Positions 25,770-37,699 of a stretch of DNA of 64,000 nt are shown in pieces. The first letter of the stretch is position 1. The number at the start of each line of letters is the position of its first letter. The translations under genes and the position numbers were made by a program. This stretch comes from Lama guanicoe (Eukaryota): contig MU053652.1 in NCBI GenBank assembly GCA_013239625.1, positions 868,001 through 932,000 of the forward strand, read 5' to 3'. Under the pieces are notes generated by a model. The model ran no database searches. It was given only the letters and a program-made list of their open reading frames with translations, and had not been told where the DNA came from.

Positions 25770-26050
25770 CCTGGCATAGGAGGTTTTGTTTTAATTCCTT
25801 AAGATGATTCTTATGTGTAACCAAGGCTGAGAACCACTGAGGAAGTACAAAGAGCCTTGGCACGGAAATTAAAGTCTTGGGTTCTAAGGCTGGCCCTAAC
25901 AATTTTCAGTTGTGTTGCCCTGTATGAGTTACTTCGTATTCCAAAGCCTTACTCTACACAACTGTAAGGGAAAGAGTACAACACCTTCCTGCCTCACAGG
26001 AATTTTGAACATCACATGTGTGTTAGCTGTAAAGTACTTTACACACGTTT
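25770..26050. mobile_element. MER5 fragment followed by MIR
   Basis: GATGATTCTTATGTGTAACCAAGGCTGAGAACCACTG (MER5 end); CTTGGGTTCTAAGGCTGGCCCT...CCTTCCTGCCTCACAGG...TGTAAAGTACTTT (MIR). Confidence 0.6.
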
Positions 26051-26380
26051 CCGCCATCCTTTTCAAATACAATGTTTACTAAGAGACAGATTTCAGGAAC
26101 TCTTAATAAATCTGAAGATCAGAAACCTATGACCACATATGCACACTTGAGTGGATTCTATAATGAGTTTAGAAAAATTTCAATTTGTCAGGATATATGT
26201 TGAAAACTTTTTTGAGAAATGCTGTCTGTCAGAATTAAGTACATGATAGAAGGAACTTGGCAATCACTATACATATGATCCAGAAATATGGAAAATTAAT
26301 GCATGTACAAAATCATATTCATGCCCCCAAAGTTCTGCCTAATCTTTTTCTGAATGTTCTACTTAAAATAAGAACTTTCA

Positions 26381-26512
26381 GGGGAGAGGGTATACAGCTC
26401 AATGGTAGAGTGTATGCTTGGCATGCACAAGGTACTGGGTTCAATTTCCAGTAACTCCATTAAAAAAATAAATAAACCTAATTACTCCTCCCCCCTCCAA
26501 AATAAACAAATT
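26381..26512 (+). mobile_element. Camelid tRNA-Ala-derived SINE (vic-1-like), full length
   Basis: GGGGAGAGGGTATACAGCTCAATGGTAGAGTGTATGCTTGGCATGCACAAGGTACTGGGTTCAATTTCCAG, tail AATAAACCTAATTACTCCTCCCC; flanking repeat TTAAAATAAGAACTT at 26363-26377 and 26511-26525. Confidence 0.93.
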
Positions 26513-26589
26513 AAAATAAGAACTTATATATGCAGTTTATCTCTAGGCAAACAGACAGATTACAAAGAGCCCCACAGATCTCACCCAGT

Positions 26590-27030
26590 CCTATGACTTC
26601 AAAAAACAATCTCTCAGCCCAGATCTCTCCCCTGAGTACCCAGAGGCATATGCCCACCTGCCAGCTCAGTATGGCATGTCTCACTGGCACCACAAACAAT
26701 ACGGCCAAATACAAGCCTCGACTCTCTTCTCCCTTTCCCCAGTCTTAATGCGGCTGGCTCCTTATCATTCAGGACTCAATTCAAATGTTATCTCTTCAAA
26801 GAGAACTCGTTGACCACTCTAGCTTGAAGAAGACATTTCCAGAAAAAAAAAAATATCACACCCTACAGTGTTGGTCCCTAATTTTATTTTTCATAGGACC
26901 TCATCATTCATATATAGGATATAAGCCCCATGGCAGAAGGGACTCTTCTATGTCCCAGCTGTTCATTACTATGGTCCCAACATCAAAATATTCTCTGATA
27001 TAAAGTCAGTCCTCAATAAATATTATTCTC
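26590..27030. mobile_element. L2 remnant with 3' end
   Basis: CAGCCCAGATCTCTCCCCTGAG, GCTGGCTCCTTATCATTCAGGACTCAATTCAAATGTTATCTCTTCAAAGAG, CTCAATAAATATT. Confidence 0.75.
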
Positions 27031-28034
27031 CAACTATCTGTCTCTATAGAGGCAAATGGAAGGAGAAAGATTCAAGAAGATTAAAAGAAAAGGAATAAGC
27101 TACTCACAGATGATCAGGTTCTTTTAACAAGTTCTTTTATTCACAGCTGAGACCCCATGTAGCCCTAAATAAAGATAGTGCAAAAAATCCTTCAGACTAA
27201 TTCCTACTCTCTACCCTGATCCTTCCTCTTCTAGGCCCCTGGTCCGTTACGCTGGCTCTCATCCAGAATTTTCCTTGTCCCTTTGGACTAAAAGATCCTT
27301 TAAGTCAGCCAGTTTGACTCTTTAATTTGGCTCTTCCTGAAGACAATACTCAGATTGAGCCCTTGGCCAATCACAGTGAGTGAACCACACCCCACTCCAA
27401 TGCAAACCTGGTTCTCGGCATACCTTTTGGGCCAGGGTATCAGTACACCCAAGTCTCCTGGGAACAAGAGAACAGAAAGTAATCATAATTCCCTGTACCA
27501 CGTAGCTCCTGGGATCTGTCATGTCTCCAGTGCTGGCACAAATAAGGGCTACTCTCCACCCCATTATCTGGGCACCATCCTCTTGTTAAAGGGGTTTCTT
27601 GAATGCTTTCTGTGCACAGAACTCCTCACTTAACCACCTTCCACTCAGAGGGGCCTTTTTCCAGCTGATCTTTCTGGGAATATAACCTTGAGGGACAGGG
27701 ATGAAGCCTCAGGGCGCTTCAGTACTAGGCTTGGTTCTAGCCCTCATAACATCCAGGAAGACTGGGCAATCTTTCCTAAAGGCTGCGCTTACCACTCACT
27801 GACAGCCCCAGAGAGGGCAAAGCCAGCAAGCAAGCAACTGAATCTGTATAGCAGCAAAGAGAAGCACTCATCCAGAGCATCTGCTCAATTCTGCGCCCTG
27901 ATGCTTGGCCACGGGAAGGGATAGAGAGAAGAGTCTCCATCACCAGCATGAAGTGACAAAGGATCTGGGGCAACTGTGCATTTCACAGACTGAGTCAGTC
28001 CTTACCTACATGCCTGATTTGCTCTCCTCTCCCA

Positions 28035-28100
28035 TTTTTTTTTTTTTAATGGAGGTACTGGGGATTGAAGCCAGGTCCACCACTGAGCCATGACCCTTCC
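28035..28100 (-). mobile_element. Camelid SINE with internal deletion
   Basis: Poly(T) AATGGAGGTACTGGGGATTGAAGCCAGGT joined directly to CCACCACTGAGCCATGACCC; anticodon-arm segment missing. Confidence 0.8.
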
Positions 28101-28462
28101 CACCAGGCCTGATCTTTGACTCCATCCAAGATTACCCAACTAGCTGCTCTCTGGTGAAGAAGCCAAACATGAGCCCACATTCTGCCCTGCATAGGAGAGA
28201 GTTTCCCAAGGCTAGTGTGTCTCTCCTCGCACTGGGCCTCTCTTGCTGAGATTTCGCAGAGAGCCATCCTTCCACTTCTAGCATCACCTTTATTTCCCAC
28301 ACCATGTCTAGCCTCCAGTCATTCCATGCCTGAGATTCTGGACAAACGCATCAACTATGGAAAGATATCTGAGGACACGGAAGCTATGGTGCCACCCCAA
28401 CAGGGAAATGAACTGCCTTACAACTCAGTCCATGCCTCCTTTCATAGAAACTACTGATTCTC

Positions 28463-28497
28463 CACAGGGAAATATATACAAGATCTTGTGGTAGCTC

Positions 28498-28570
<73 letters not shown>

Positions 28571-28702
28571 GACAATGAATGTAAGTATGTTTATGTATAA
28601 CTGAAAAATTGTGCTCTACACTGGAAACTGACACATTGGAAACTGACTTTAACTCAATTTAAAAAAAAAAATTAGTCTAAAAAAAAAAAGAAAGAAAGAA
28701 AA
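28463..28702 (+). mobile_element. Young camelid L1 3' end with internal A66
   Basis: CACAGGGAAATATATACAAGATCTTGTGGTAGCTCACAGC...; perfect 17-bp TSD AGAAACTACTGATTCTC at 28446-28462 and 28703-28719. Confidence 0.95.
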
Positions 28703-28849
28703 AGAAACTACTGATTCTCACTCTCACTCTCACAAACCCCCCTAGTCCCAGACATGTGCCCTTGGCATTATAGACACATTCTCATTACACACCTCCTCTT
28801 TGATCGATGGCACCCATCCTTATCTTTCGCTGGTCAACCTTATCAACCT

Positions 28850-29320
28850 GCACTACAAGCTTCCTATTGGACCATCAGCATCTCAAACTCAAATGGGTTT
28901 AAAACAAATCCATCTTCTCTCTATTACAAATAGTACCACCCTTCTGTTAGTTACAAACAACTGATTACTTGGTCAGCTTTGATTTATTCCTTTCCTCCAT
29001 ATCTGGCCAATCTTCAAGTCCCCCAGATGCCTTCTCTGTGCAGTCAAAACCCATTTACTCCCACCTCCTCCACAGTTCACAGCATTAAGCTCAAATACCA
29101 CCCCCCTCAAGCTCCCCTTGAGTCCCTTCCCCACCTCCACAAGACAGTGGAATCCCCCATTTCCACAGCACTTCAGCGCTGCTCCATCATTAAGAACATC
29201 ATGTTATCACAACTGATGTCTCTCCCTGTGAAGGTTCTGTGAAGCAGAGTCCAGCTTTTCCAACTTTTAAATCTCCAAAGTATAATAAACTTCAATAAAT
29301 GTTTATCAAGTGAATAAATT
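28850..29320. mobile_element. L2 remnant with 3' end
   Basis: CAGCATCTCAAACTCAA and terminal TTCAATAAATGTTTATCAAGTGAATAAA. Confidence 0.6.
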
Positions 29321-29959
29321 CTCCCTATACCCCTTTCTTTCTACTCTCACTGTCCCTATGCTCAACTTTCAAAAGGGTCTTTTTAATTGGCCTTGAGTTA
29401 TCCCCCAACTATGCAGAAAATTACACCAGTACACATCCCTTCTAAAACAAGTTTCATAATATCAATTGCAGGATTTTAAACACACACACACAAAACACAA
29501 AAAAACTCCAACGGTTCCCATTGCTTATAGCAAGCCTTGTCAGCAGGTTGAGCGTTAGAAATTAACAGCTCTGAGAGACCATGTGGTCAGAATTTCATTT
29601 CACTGCTTCCGAGAGTATTCGCAAGAAGCGACCTCAGCCAGCAGTGTTGCACTCTCCTCCGCTCTGTTCACGGCCTCCCATCTCAGGAGTCTCTGTTAGT
29701 GTGTTTGCATACGTGCACACATATACACAGACGCACAACACACACAAAGGCTTAGCAATTTTAGTTGGAATCAGCCCCACCAAACCATGCACAAGCCCAA
29801 GAATGACTGGAGCCTCATAGGGAGTGATGAACACCTCTTTAAGGTGTTAAAAACTCTTGCTCCATAAAATGTAAAATTGAAAATCTTTAGCTGGTATTTC
29901 TAGACCCTCCATGACCCAGCCCCAACCTACCTGGACAGGATTTTCTCTCTGGCAGGACT

Positions 29960-30055
29960 TATGTGCGCGGCTTCTGAGTTAGCCCGTGGGGTACAGCGCC
30001 TCCCCCACGCCCGCCGGGTACCTCCTGCCGCTACCTTTTTCCTGCACGGCTTCCC
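29960..30055. promoter_or_regulatory. Small CpG-rich patch with KLF/SP/EGR-type motif
   Basis: About 9 CpG in about 90 bp; CCACGCCC at 30005-30012. Confidence 0.4.
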
Positions 30056-31307
30056 AGATCTTACTTGCTTACTCATCCGTAATACCACTTCTATCTTGAA
30101 GCATTTTCCAATAACTCAGTGATCTCACCTTCCTTTGAACTCCCCTGGTATCAGAGTCCGTATCATTTATTTGGCATTTACCACTAGCTGTTACAGTCAC
30201 AACTTTTGAAATGGAAGATTTCAACCACAATCTCCTAGTAGTACTAAAATATCTCCAGTCAAATGATGAACACTGGATGACCAACCGTAGCATGAGGAGT
30301 TAATTCTAAGGCTAAAGTGCTTGAAAGGAAGAGGGAATTGAATAGGCAGCCAGGTGTCGAGTTAAAGGTGAGAATAACAGAGTGAGTCTTCATAAAAGTA
30401 CACAGCTGATTCCAGCACTTTCCTCTCCATCCATCAATATGTCATCCAGGGACAGTAAGACTCAGTAAAAATGGGAAACAAGTAAGAATGCCCTTGCAGT
30501 TTTCAGGAACTATGGTAACTTTATGAAAAGTTTAAAAGGTAGCTGATGTTACCTATCCAAGATCCTCACTTGGAAATAGTTAAAGTATGTTTCTGTGTCG
30601 GGGTGAGAGAGGGTTGCCAGTAAGTGATTATTTGATGGGACCGCTAGGCTTGTTTTTAAAAATGCTTTTAAATGAACACATTTAATTAAAAGGAAAAAAG
30701 AAAGAGGTTGTAACTCCCAAGAGGCATTGTGCTAACCTGAGTTTGGTTTCTCTGAGCTGTCTGAACTGAGTGATGGATGGAAGAGCTGCCCACTGAGTTG
30801 CAGTCACCCTGATTATTTCATTGTTAGAGATTGCTACACACTCTGCAATTCAATAGTGAGGCAAATCCAGGGGAAACGAGAGAGGCGTTATCTGGGCTGA
30901 AAAACTGATGGACTCCCACTCCATCTTTGCTTCCTTTGTGTTACAGACTTTATGTCTTTTAATAAATCCTGAATCTTCCAGGAGTGCCGGACCAGTGATA
31001 TATCTTTTTTGGTCCCAGGTAATCAAGTGTCAGGAGTTAGAAGCTAGTTTCATGCAGTACCATTGTCCTCATAAATACAAACACCCACACACAAACACAT
31101 AGGCGGTACTTCATTGATTATATGATGCACATCATTTCACATTTTAACATCTCTGAAGTTGAGAGGGGTCTTATAAATGACGACATAATAGAACTGATGA
31201 AACCAGATACATTTCCTCTAAATCTGACTGTGAGACCTAAAGGCAGACAGCACAACCGAGATTCAAAGAGTGACTGAAAGGAACATTAACAATCTAATCC
31301 AATCCAC

Positions 31308-31366
31308 TTCCTTTCCTCTCTCTCTCTCTCCCTCTCTCTCTCTCCCTCTCCCCCCTCCCTCCCTCC

Positions 31367-31416
<50 letters not shown>
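31308..31416. repeat. Compound (CT)n/(CCCT)n-(CA)n microsatellite
   Basis: Direct observation. Confidence 0.95.
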
Positions 31417-31418
<2 letters not shown>

Positions 31419-31754
31419 CAGAAGAAATAATAAACCAATCAAATCCAAATCTCCTGATTCTCAGTCATGGCTCTGATGTTCTCTAAGCCCATCAGCACAA
31501 ATACTGATGAACTGACTCACTGTTACCCATCAACAACAGGAAATCAAGGAAGTTTCTGAGATGAGGAAGACATAAGGAAAACAATGCAATACACTGTAAG
31601 CATTGCAAGATCGGGGACAAAGTCCATTCTGCTCATTATGATATTCTGAGTGCCCAACACAGTGCCTTTTAGACAGCAGGCATTTTATAGATTAATTTAT
31701 GAATGAATGTTGTGAGATGAACTTAAGGTAATCGGCAGGCGTAGCAGTAGCGAA

Positions 31755-31940
31755 CAGCAGTGTGGTCAATGGACCACATCATCAAAACCTCTTGGGACAC
31801 ATGCCCGTTAAAAATGAAGATATCTAGGCTCTTCACAGGTCAAATGAATTAGAATTTCTGGGCTTGGGACCCAAGAATCTGGACTTTAAATGAGCAATCC
31901 ATGTTGATTCTCATGGCCATTAACGTCTGAGGACCAGAGT
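31755..31940. mobile_element. MER5-like DNA transposon
   Basis: GTGTGGTCAATGGACCAC...GTTAAAAATGAAGAT...AGAATTTCTGGGCTTGGGACCCAAGAATCTGGACTTTAAA...TGAGGACCA. Confidence 0.7.
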
Positions 31941-32149
31941 GTGTAAGAAGATAAATGACCTGCATTGGAGGCAATAGAGAGAAAGGGAAAAACACAGCAA
32001 ATAAAAATTTAAATCTAAAGACTATTGGGCATTAGAGAAAGAGGAGACAGAACTTGGGCGATGGGGGAAAAACAAGGGAAAGTTAGTTATAAAGTAACGT
32101 AAGAACTATTTAAATATAAATGCACAAACAGTAAAGAATCAGGAACTCC

Positions 32150-32830
32150 GAGGAGCCCTAGGATGAAGGATTAATTCCATTAGTGTGCAAGAGGCCAGGA
32201 GTACCATGTGAGATATCATTAGGATAATTAAATAATTAACACACGTAGGATTAAAACTCCTCTTGGGGAAAATGATAATGAACAAGAAACACCTAGTGGA
32301 GTTTTCACAAATGACTCTTCAAAGAGCTACAGACAAAGACAGATGTGAACTAAATATGGAGAAAAATGAGAAGTACCTTGTTACAGCTAAAACTTTCAGA
32401 AGAGAGTCGGAGGTAGCCAATTAATTCACGCTACTCCAATACGTCAGACAATGAGAAGGTGAACTTTTTCAATTATCAAGGGGGGAGAAAAAGTAAGAAA
32501 AGAAAAATGCTGCTAAAAGTGAGTGGGGTCTGGAATTAATGAAGACTAAGCTAGCTCAGAAACTGAACTGATTCTTTTCAATTTGTCTTTGACAAGAAAA
32601 ATGAAGAAGACATATTTGTATAATTAGAGAGAATGAAGACTTTGCAAAAATAGCAACTGACAAAAAGCAGATGGGGAACACTTGACAAAACTGAACTCAT
32701 ACCAATCAGGAGCCTGGATGATGGGAAGCTAAGCCTCTTAAGGGAATTCACTCACATACTTGAAGAGTCATTTACGATCATTATGGAAATACCACAGAAA
32801 AATGGGGAAACACAAGACATGAAGGGGGAA
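32150..32830 (+). mobile_element. CR1/L3 LINE ORF2 remnant
   Basis: 32673-32818 translates, with one frameshift, as GEHLTKLNSYQSG / LDDGKLSLLREFTHILEESFTIIMEIPQKNGETQD, aligning with the CR1 motif [38 protein letters not shown]; left boundary uncertain. Confidence 0.7.
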
Positions 32831-32904
32831 AAAATTAGATAATGAAATAGCCTATCAATCTTAAAATGGTTACAATGAGACATTATGGAAAATGTTAGTG
32901 GTAA

Positions 32905-33490
32905 TGAGTCAAGGGTATGAGGAGTAAAGTGTGGGGAATGTAGTCAGTAACTATGTAATATCTTTGTATGGTGACATATTGTAACTAGACTTATCCTGGT
33001 GATAATTTTGAAATGTATAGGAATATCAAATCACCATGTTGTGTAACGGGAACTAACACAGTGTTGTAGGCCAATTATACTTCAAAAACAAACTCATAGA
33101 AAAAGAGATCAGATTTGTGGTTAACAGAGGCAGGGGGTTGGAGGTAGAGGGAACTGCATGAAGATGAACAAAAGGCACAAATTATCGGTTGTAAGATAAA
33201 TAAGTATTAGGGATGTAATATACAACATGATAAATATAATTCACACTGCTGTATGTTATATATGAAAGGTGTTAAGAGTAAATCCCTAAGAGGTATCATC
33301 ACAAAGAAATTTTTTTCTATTTCTATAATTTTGTATCTACGTAAGATGATGGCTGTTCACTAAATTTACTGTGATAATTTCACGATGTATGGAAGTCAAA
33401 TCATTATGGTCAATGCTTTAAACTTATACAGTGCTGTATCTCAATTACACTGCAATAAAACTGAAAGAAAAATAAATTTAAAAAAAGAAG
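32905..33490 (+). mobile_element. L1 3' UTR (L1MA-era, Laurasiatherian type)
   Basis: GGGGAATGTAGTCAGTAAC...GTATGGTGACA...TGTAGGCCAATTATACTTCAAAAACAAACTCATAGAAAAAGAGATCAGATTTGTGGTT...CAATAAAACTGAAAG, A tail. Confidence 0.9.
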
Positions 33491-35067
33491 AAAAGGCTTG
33501 TGGTAAAACCAGAGACATTTTCTCCTATACAAATTGTGAGTGGTCTCCATGAGACCACAGACACTCTTCCTCACTATCCAACATGAACACCAAGTTTGGA
33601 GCAAACTGCAAGTGATCTCCAAATAGCTGAAATGTATAAAGACAAAGAGCTAGAAAGAGAATGCTACCAAACTTTTCCATTTCTTCTGAGCAGAAAATTA
33701 TACTACGGGACGGTCTAGCTCTTTTTTTTTCTCACGCGTGTGAAACAACAGCAAAAAGTAAAACATTTGAATATCTGGCGGGTAATTAAATCATAAAGCA
33801 TACTCACAATAAAAACCTGAAAACTCTAGTGACATAAATACAGTAAATTTGAGAAACACAAAATAAAAGCAAAAAAAGTACAATGCATACTATACATTTG
33901 AGCAAATATTCTCAGTACTTTCTTTAAAAAGAAATCCTTTTATGTATTTGGAAGACATACTAAGTTTAAAGAGAAATAAAAAATCAACAGAAATCCTAAA
34001 AGCTACCTCTATTATGATCATCATATAATTTAATGATTCACCAGAAGTTCCTCACATACACATTCCAACACAACCCTCAGCCAAAAACACTCAAGTCTAT
34101 TTTTATCAATTTACCCTCAATTTATAGACAGGGCAGACAGGCAAGTTTATATAAAGGCATATGCTTTCAGGAGTTGCACTAAGCTAATAGGAAAAGATCT
34201 CAATCATAAATATAAGCAAAAAAAAAAAAAAAAGACTGCTGCATTTCCCACAAGCTAAATTAAAAGGAGAGGGAGGGAGACTCCTTTTAGGGGTATCTTT
34301 TTGTGTAGACGTTGTACATATTAGTAACCACACACTGATTACACTGAACTGAAAGCCAGTGCACTCACATATAGGGAAGGTATAATGACACTTAACAAAG
34401 GCTCTGCTTCACAGACCAGCCCTAGTCCTCTGATCAGGTCCCTAAAATTGACCTCTGTGGCCTTAGTGAAAAAGTAATTAGGCTAGTAGACTATCTTACA
34501 AGATAGGGAAGATGTTAGGCTTTTTTTATTTTATCAATTGGCCACACTGCCTTCTTTCAGGAAACAGAAGTCAAAAAAGAAAAAAAGGAAAAGGGTACTG
34601 GTCCTGATTATGAGGAGTGTGTTTCATCATTTACGAGTCTTAATGTCGAGTGAGGAACAAAGGAGAAAGTAGACTCATACGTAACAATGTCATTTATATG
34701 AGGAACAAGAACTCTGGCCTAAAGAGAACACTTGGAGTCAACTTTGAGATCTTCTCATCCAGAAGGCCAAGTCCAGGGTGGACAGACAGGTAAGTATCAA
34801 CATACCAGCCGAAACAGTAAAAACAGAGCACAAGAGAGGCCCTGACCACCCTAGGTTTCACCAGTTCACATCTACTCAGTTTGCCTGGATGCCCCCTAAA
34901 AACTTCTAAAAACAATCAAGCTGGTATGAGAGCACCAAACTCTTAAAACAACTGGCCAACACTAAATTCTATCTCCTTAAAACGACACCTGAAAAAATGC
35001 TGCTTGAGAGAATTCAAACACCCTTACACTACCCTTCAGAATAAAAGATCAACAGTAACAAACGAAG

Positions 35068-35166
35068 AGACTGTTTCCGGATCTTAGCTATTATTACTAA
35101 TGCTGCAACCTAAGTGCCCATCAATGAATGAATGGATAAGGAACATGTGGTATGTATGTGTATATA
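35068..35166. mobile_element. Tiny L1 ORF2-end fragment with internal inversion
   Basis: 35068-35108 is antisense L1; 35109-35166 is the immediately adjacent L1 sequence in sense. Confidence 0.75.
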
Positions 35167-35736
35167 ACCTGTTTCAGGTATCATTTGATTGCCATTGTTA
35201 GCATAATAATACCTAGTTTATCTGGCAACTCAGACCACAGAGAATTTAAAGAGTAAGGGAGAAAAAAGGGAACACATACATAGCCAAAATTTACCTTTGT
35301 TACAAGATCCAGAGTTAAGAACCCAAGAGCTTGATGCAAAGAGTGTTTCTCTTTTTACTTATTCTACACACAAGTCTATCCACCTTGCTTCCTGTCTTTG
35401 CAGCTTATACCACAGAGGCTGGGCAACTCAGAAGGCAAGGGGAGCTTGTCTGAGACAGACACAATAAAAAGGGAAAAAGACAGATGACATGAAAAGCAGA
35501 CAGTGAGTTAGAAAGAAATGGAAGACTGGGGCTGGGGTGGGGTTAGCACAGTATCTGCCTACACCTGTCATCAGGTGGTCTCCAACACAACACAACACAA
35601 CACAACACACTGGTAAGGAGAAGGGCTGCAGACATCGAACAAAGCATCAGTTAACCAGGTTCAAAATGGCAGTTAAATGGTGGCCTTCAATCATCAAGAA
35701 AAGTCTCAGCGCTCAGGATTTTCAGACAAAGGAAAC

Positions 35737-36250
35737 TGAAGGAGTTCAGAGCACGTCAGTCCAAAATATGCCACTGTGGTATATTAACTATTTTGAGTCA
35801 AAGGCACTTACAAAAAAAAAAACAGCAAATAGAAGAAAAACACTTTGATCTTCCTTCTTTTTCTTAAAAGCAGGAAGATAAAATTCCTCTATGAAAGATG
35901 TCCTCTCTATACCAGAAGGAAAGTAACATTCTTATCATGAAGGATGAGAAGTTGACACCAGAAGAATTCTATACAAACAGGACTTGTTAAAGTATCTCTT
36001 CCTTTGGCATCTTCACAAGGGTGAGTCACTTCTCCATACCTGCCTCTCTTTGTTTGCCCTAATCTAAGAAAGCAAGTGGATTTTGCCACATCTTTGAGTC
36101 TTCATTTCCTTATGAGGGTTCCCATATCACATAAAACTAACAGGTAGTCAATGTGGATGCTTTTCTCCTGTTAATGTGTCTTTGTCAGTTTAATTTTCAA
36201 ACCTGGTCAGGGACCGTAACAAGGTAAAGGAAAATTTTCCCCCCCCTACA
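35737..36250 (+). mobile_element. ERV1 solo LTR (MER34-like)
   Basis: Starts TGAAGGAGTTCAGAGCACGTCAGTCCAAAATATGCCACT...TATTTTGAG; ends TTTTCTCCTGTTAATGTGTCTTTGTCAGTTTAATT...TTTTCCCCCCCCTACA (TG...CA termini). Confidence 0.85.
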
Positions 36251-37699
36251 GACCCGAACTGAGAAATACATAGTACAAAATTTTCCAAGTGTTAAAAATG
36301 CAACCTTTGGTGCTTTAACAGGGTGAGATTTTTCTTTTTGAAAAATTAAGCTGCATTGAAAATCAGGTTCCTAAACGGCGCTAAATAAATTGGGCATTAC
36401 CAATCTTCTTCTTAAAGAAAATAGCAAACAGTTAGGAGTTTACTTACAATATAGAGTAATCAGCCCTCTTCAGAACAAAGATAGCCATTTAAGGAGAAGA
36501 AGCGTAAGGATAAAGCATTAATTGTGAAAACAAAGAGCCACATGGATTTGTCTATCATGACAGCACAATCCTGAGGTCTGTGAAAAGGCACCTCCTGTCA
36601 GTCCTGGCACACAAGCCTTTAAAAAAAAAAAAAAAGATTCAACAAGCTCAAAGTATCTTTGAAGCAGCATCAATGGTGCATTGGGTTTCCGATTTTTTCC
36701 TGCACTGAATTAAAAGTTAATAGATGTGGCAGGCAGTTCTTCTGCCTTGCTCAATCCACAACCCCCCAAACTCTAGGAAATAAAAGCAGCCCATGCCATC
36801 ACTTTCCAGTCTAGAGGGTTTTGCAAAATGACGCGTGGTGGGGGAGCTTTGAAGTTTGTAATAATAGAAAGAGAAATATACCACGAAAGCCAGAGGAGGG
36901 AGCTCAGAGCAAAGGGAAAGCGCGTGTTTATGATGGGCAAGAAAGGGAAATTCTGAAAACCTTCTGAGCTTTTACACAATATCCTTTTTTCTCTTTTTCC
37001 AGCGTTCTCTTTTGAACGATGAGTTCCAATACCCTTTGAAATAAACAATTTTTCTTTTCCTCCTCGTTTTTTTTCCCCCTAGGTAGAAGGAAAATAAACA
37101 AAAGCACTGCTGAGGGTAACAGGTTTACACAATGGGGCAGGTGTCTGAAACTCCTCCTGCACACAGCCGCCCCTCTCTAATCAGTTTTGTTTGCAAATGA
37201 ACCTACACAGTAGGATTGGCATCTAATGATGCAGGAGGCAGAGTGAAGGAATTAGCCCAAGATAATCATTATTTTAAAGAGGTGTTTGGCCTCCTCCAGA
37301 TTCCTTTACAAGTTTACTTCTAAAGACAAAATGGAATTTTAATGGGCTCTTTCCATAATTAAAGAGACTATCTTGGTGTATTCACTGCCCTTTTCGCTAA
37401 GAAGGAAATACCAACAAGAAAGGAGCCACTGGCCATTATCTTCCCCTAGAAATGACTTCCAAGTACAGAGAGGTTTGCAGAGACAGCCACGGGTCAACCA
37501 GCGCCCTTCTTCTAGATCTGAATTGTTAGCTTTCCTTTCAACTGAGCTTTCAATACTGAACAGTTTTGTCAGTTACCGGAGACACGAAATTGGCATTAAA
37601 GTACGTACAATCAAACGATCAAATTGATTCTGCAGGGAAAGTTGAGGCTCCCAAGTCAGGGCACAAAGAAAAATCTTCAAAAGACATCAGCATACCTTT

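Noticed and set aside
27190..27640. Possible old LTR
   Set aside because: LTR-like composition, but I could not match termini or a family
33540..33558. 8-bp inverted repeat GTGGTCTC-CAT-GAGACCAC; similar short stems near 45300 and 62060
   Set aside because: Stems of this length are expected by chance in 64 kb
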